Assembly (NCBI GenBank): GCA_049999805.1
Contig: JBNGIO010006279.1
Coordinates: forward strand, 92,533-156,532
Reading direction: 5' to 3'
Origin: Folioceros fuciformis
Taxonomy: Eukaryota
Length of the DNA stretch: 64,000 nucleotides
The position numbers and the translations under genes are program-made. A model generated the notes under the pieces. The model had not been told where the DNA came from. It was given only the letters and a program-made list of their open reading frames with translations, and searched no databases. Shown here in pieces: positions 61,995 to 64,000 of the stretch. Positions within the stretch are counted from its first letter, which is position 1. Every line of letters begins with the position of its first letter.

Positions 61995-64000
61995 ATGGAC
62001 TCCCAGACTAGACGCTGCGGTGCGGCGCATAGCCGGAAACGGGCTGCTGCAATCGGGGCACCTGCAAACTGGGCGAAGCGGGTGGGCTATCGGTTTCTGG
62101 GCTGGCTGCAGGACGAGTGGGACACTTCGGATGCACTCAGGCCTGTGGTCCGATTCTGGAGCAAGCACGTCACATTTTACCGTCTTCATCTCACCTACTT
62201 CATCGTCATCGCCATTGTGGGCACCTTGCTGGTGTGGGTGTCCCCCAAGCGGAATGGCCATGTCCCGCTCATCGACGCGATCTTCGGCGTCACCTCCGCT
62301 CTGTGCGTGACGGGCCTCTTCAGTATGAAGATGGAGCAGTTGTCGGTGTTCGACGAGTCGGTGCTCGTAGTGCTGATGCTGCTGGGGAGCCAGGTGTTCA
62401 CGTCCCTGTTGCCGGTTTTTGTGAGACGCTTTTATCTCCACCGCTATTTGAGGAAGTACATACGTGACAAGGGCAGACTGGACAAGGGTGCCCTGACTGA
62501 CCTGCAGGAGAGTGAGAAGCCTGTGCCGCAGACCCAGAGCCTGGGGCGAGGCACAGCTGTTGGGTTGGAGTCTCCCAGGTGGTCCGAGGATGAGCACATT
62601 CAACAGGAGATAGTGCACCACACTTGGTCTGGGGAGATGTCCAGGAAGGAGGCCCAGAAGTTGGCCATGGTGCGGAACATCTCCAAGGCTCTCAGTGCCC
62701 GGCTGGCGGAGAGGGAAACAGGCGTCAGGAGTTCCAAGAAAACGCAGCAGGGTGGACAGGGTAACGAGGATGACGAGTTTATGGATCTGTCGACAGCCAA
62801 GACTCTGGAGCACGAGGCTTTGACGTACCTGAGCTGGCTGGTTCCTGTTTACTTCTTTGGAGTCCAGGTTGCAGGGTTTTGTACCGTTCTTCTCTACTTC
62901 ATTGGTGCACCTCATGCTCGGCAAGTTCTCAAGGAGCGAAACGTGAATCGCACCTTTTTCGCCATGTTCACGTCTGTGTCTGCGTTTGCAAATGCTGGGC
63001 TTACCCCGATTGACGAGAACATGGTGCCGTTCAGGAAGTCGGTCCTCCTGCTCGTGAATTACGCGGTTCTCATTCTGGTGGGCAACACTCTTTTCGCACC
63101 TGTCATGCGGTTGTTCATCTGGGTGCTGTCCCGTGTGGCCAGGAGCAAGAGCAGGGCTGTGTGCAAGTATCTTCTGGAACATCCTCGGAAGTGTTACACT
63201 CACCTGTTCCCTCGAGATCAGACCCTGTGGCTTGTCCTCACGGTCATGGCGTTCAATGCAATTGAGTTCACTGCGTTCTGCGCTCTGGACTGGAGGTCGT
63301 CTGCCCTGAAAGGCTTGGGGCCAGGCTACAAGGTGGCTGATGCCCTCTATCAGTCCATCAACACTCGCAGCTCAGGCTTCCAAGTGATCAATTTGGCCCA
63401 GCTCTCCTCCGCCATGCTTGTGCTCTATGTGGGCATGATGTGAGTCCATGCCAATCCAATGCCTGGTGCCTCGTTCCCATACTATGCGGATGTCAACAGT
63501 TAGCTCATCTTGCTGGACTGCTTAGTTCTTCGATGCTGCCAAAGATGACAAGAAGTTTGTCGTGTTTCAGGTACATAGCAGCTTACCCTGTCTTCTTGTC
63601 TCGACAGAACACGAAGGCAGCACAGGAAGTTTACGACGAATCCGACCTTGGCGTGTACGCCAGTAACTGGGAGTCAGAGTTAGTGGGCAGCAAGATATCG
63701 GTTCAAGCCAGGAATCTTCTAGCACGCGATTCAGCTTACTTATTCGTGTCCGTGTTCTTGATCTGCATCCTCCATAACAAACAGATCAAGAGCGATCCTC
63801 TCAACTTCTCCATCTTTAATATCATTTTCGAGGTGATCAGGTGAGTTGCAGCCTCCTCTGGGCAACACCAGCTGCAGTCATGTCGTGTAACTTCATCCGC
63901 CTCACACTCTCTTACTGGTGCTTCAAATATGCAGTGCTTACGGAAACGTGGGACTGTCCGTGGGCTATAGCTGCGATCTAGCAAGAAAAGCGAAGCAGAA
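61995..64000 (+). CDS. HKT: HKT/Trk family K+/Na+ transporter, 3' end outside the window
   Basis: Exons 61995-63439, 63571-63840, 63935->64000. Four MPM pore motifs SALCVTGL, SAFANAGL, NTRSSGF, SAYGNVGLS, plus HPRKCYTHLFP and DPLNFSIFNIIFEVIS. Confidence 0.93.

Noticed and set aside
61647-63203. 518-aa minus-strand ORF
   Set aside because: Antisense shadow of the HKT coding exon that runs into the tRNA; no recognisable domain.

Overview
Gene-dense plant nuclear DNA with mostly short introns, from a lineage with flagellated sperm. It is most likely a hornwort such as Anthoceros; this is inferred from ciliary genes plus WW-type PLS-PPR editing factors. Left to right: PP2C phosphatase (+), organellar ribosomal protein bTHX/S31 (-), CBP60 (+), SURF2 (-), WDR7-like WD40 protein (+), about 6 kb I could not assign that ends in a telomere-motif repeat, a USP-like/RLCK kinase (+), LRRC9 (+), and a 12-exon CFAP299 (-). 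CFAP299 appears in the ORF track only as small fragments, has a U12-type intron and spans a 100-N gap. Next come a divergently oriented box C/D snoRNA cluster (a snoR22-like RNA and a candidate with an 18S guide I cannot assign), a birth-and-death cluster of PPR genes (2 long ORFs, 3 remnants, none with an intact DYW deaminase), a TraB-family gene (+), tRNA-Ala(CGC), and an HKT/Trk transporter running off the right end. Exon boundaries were read by hand. Family assignments rest on recalled motifs, not database searches.
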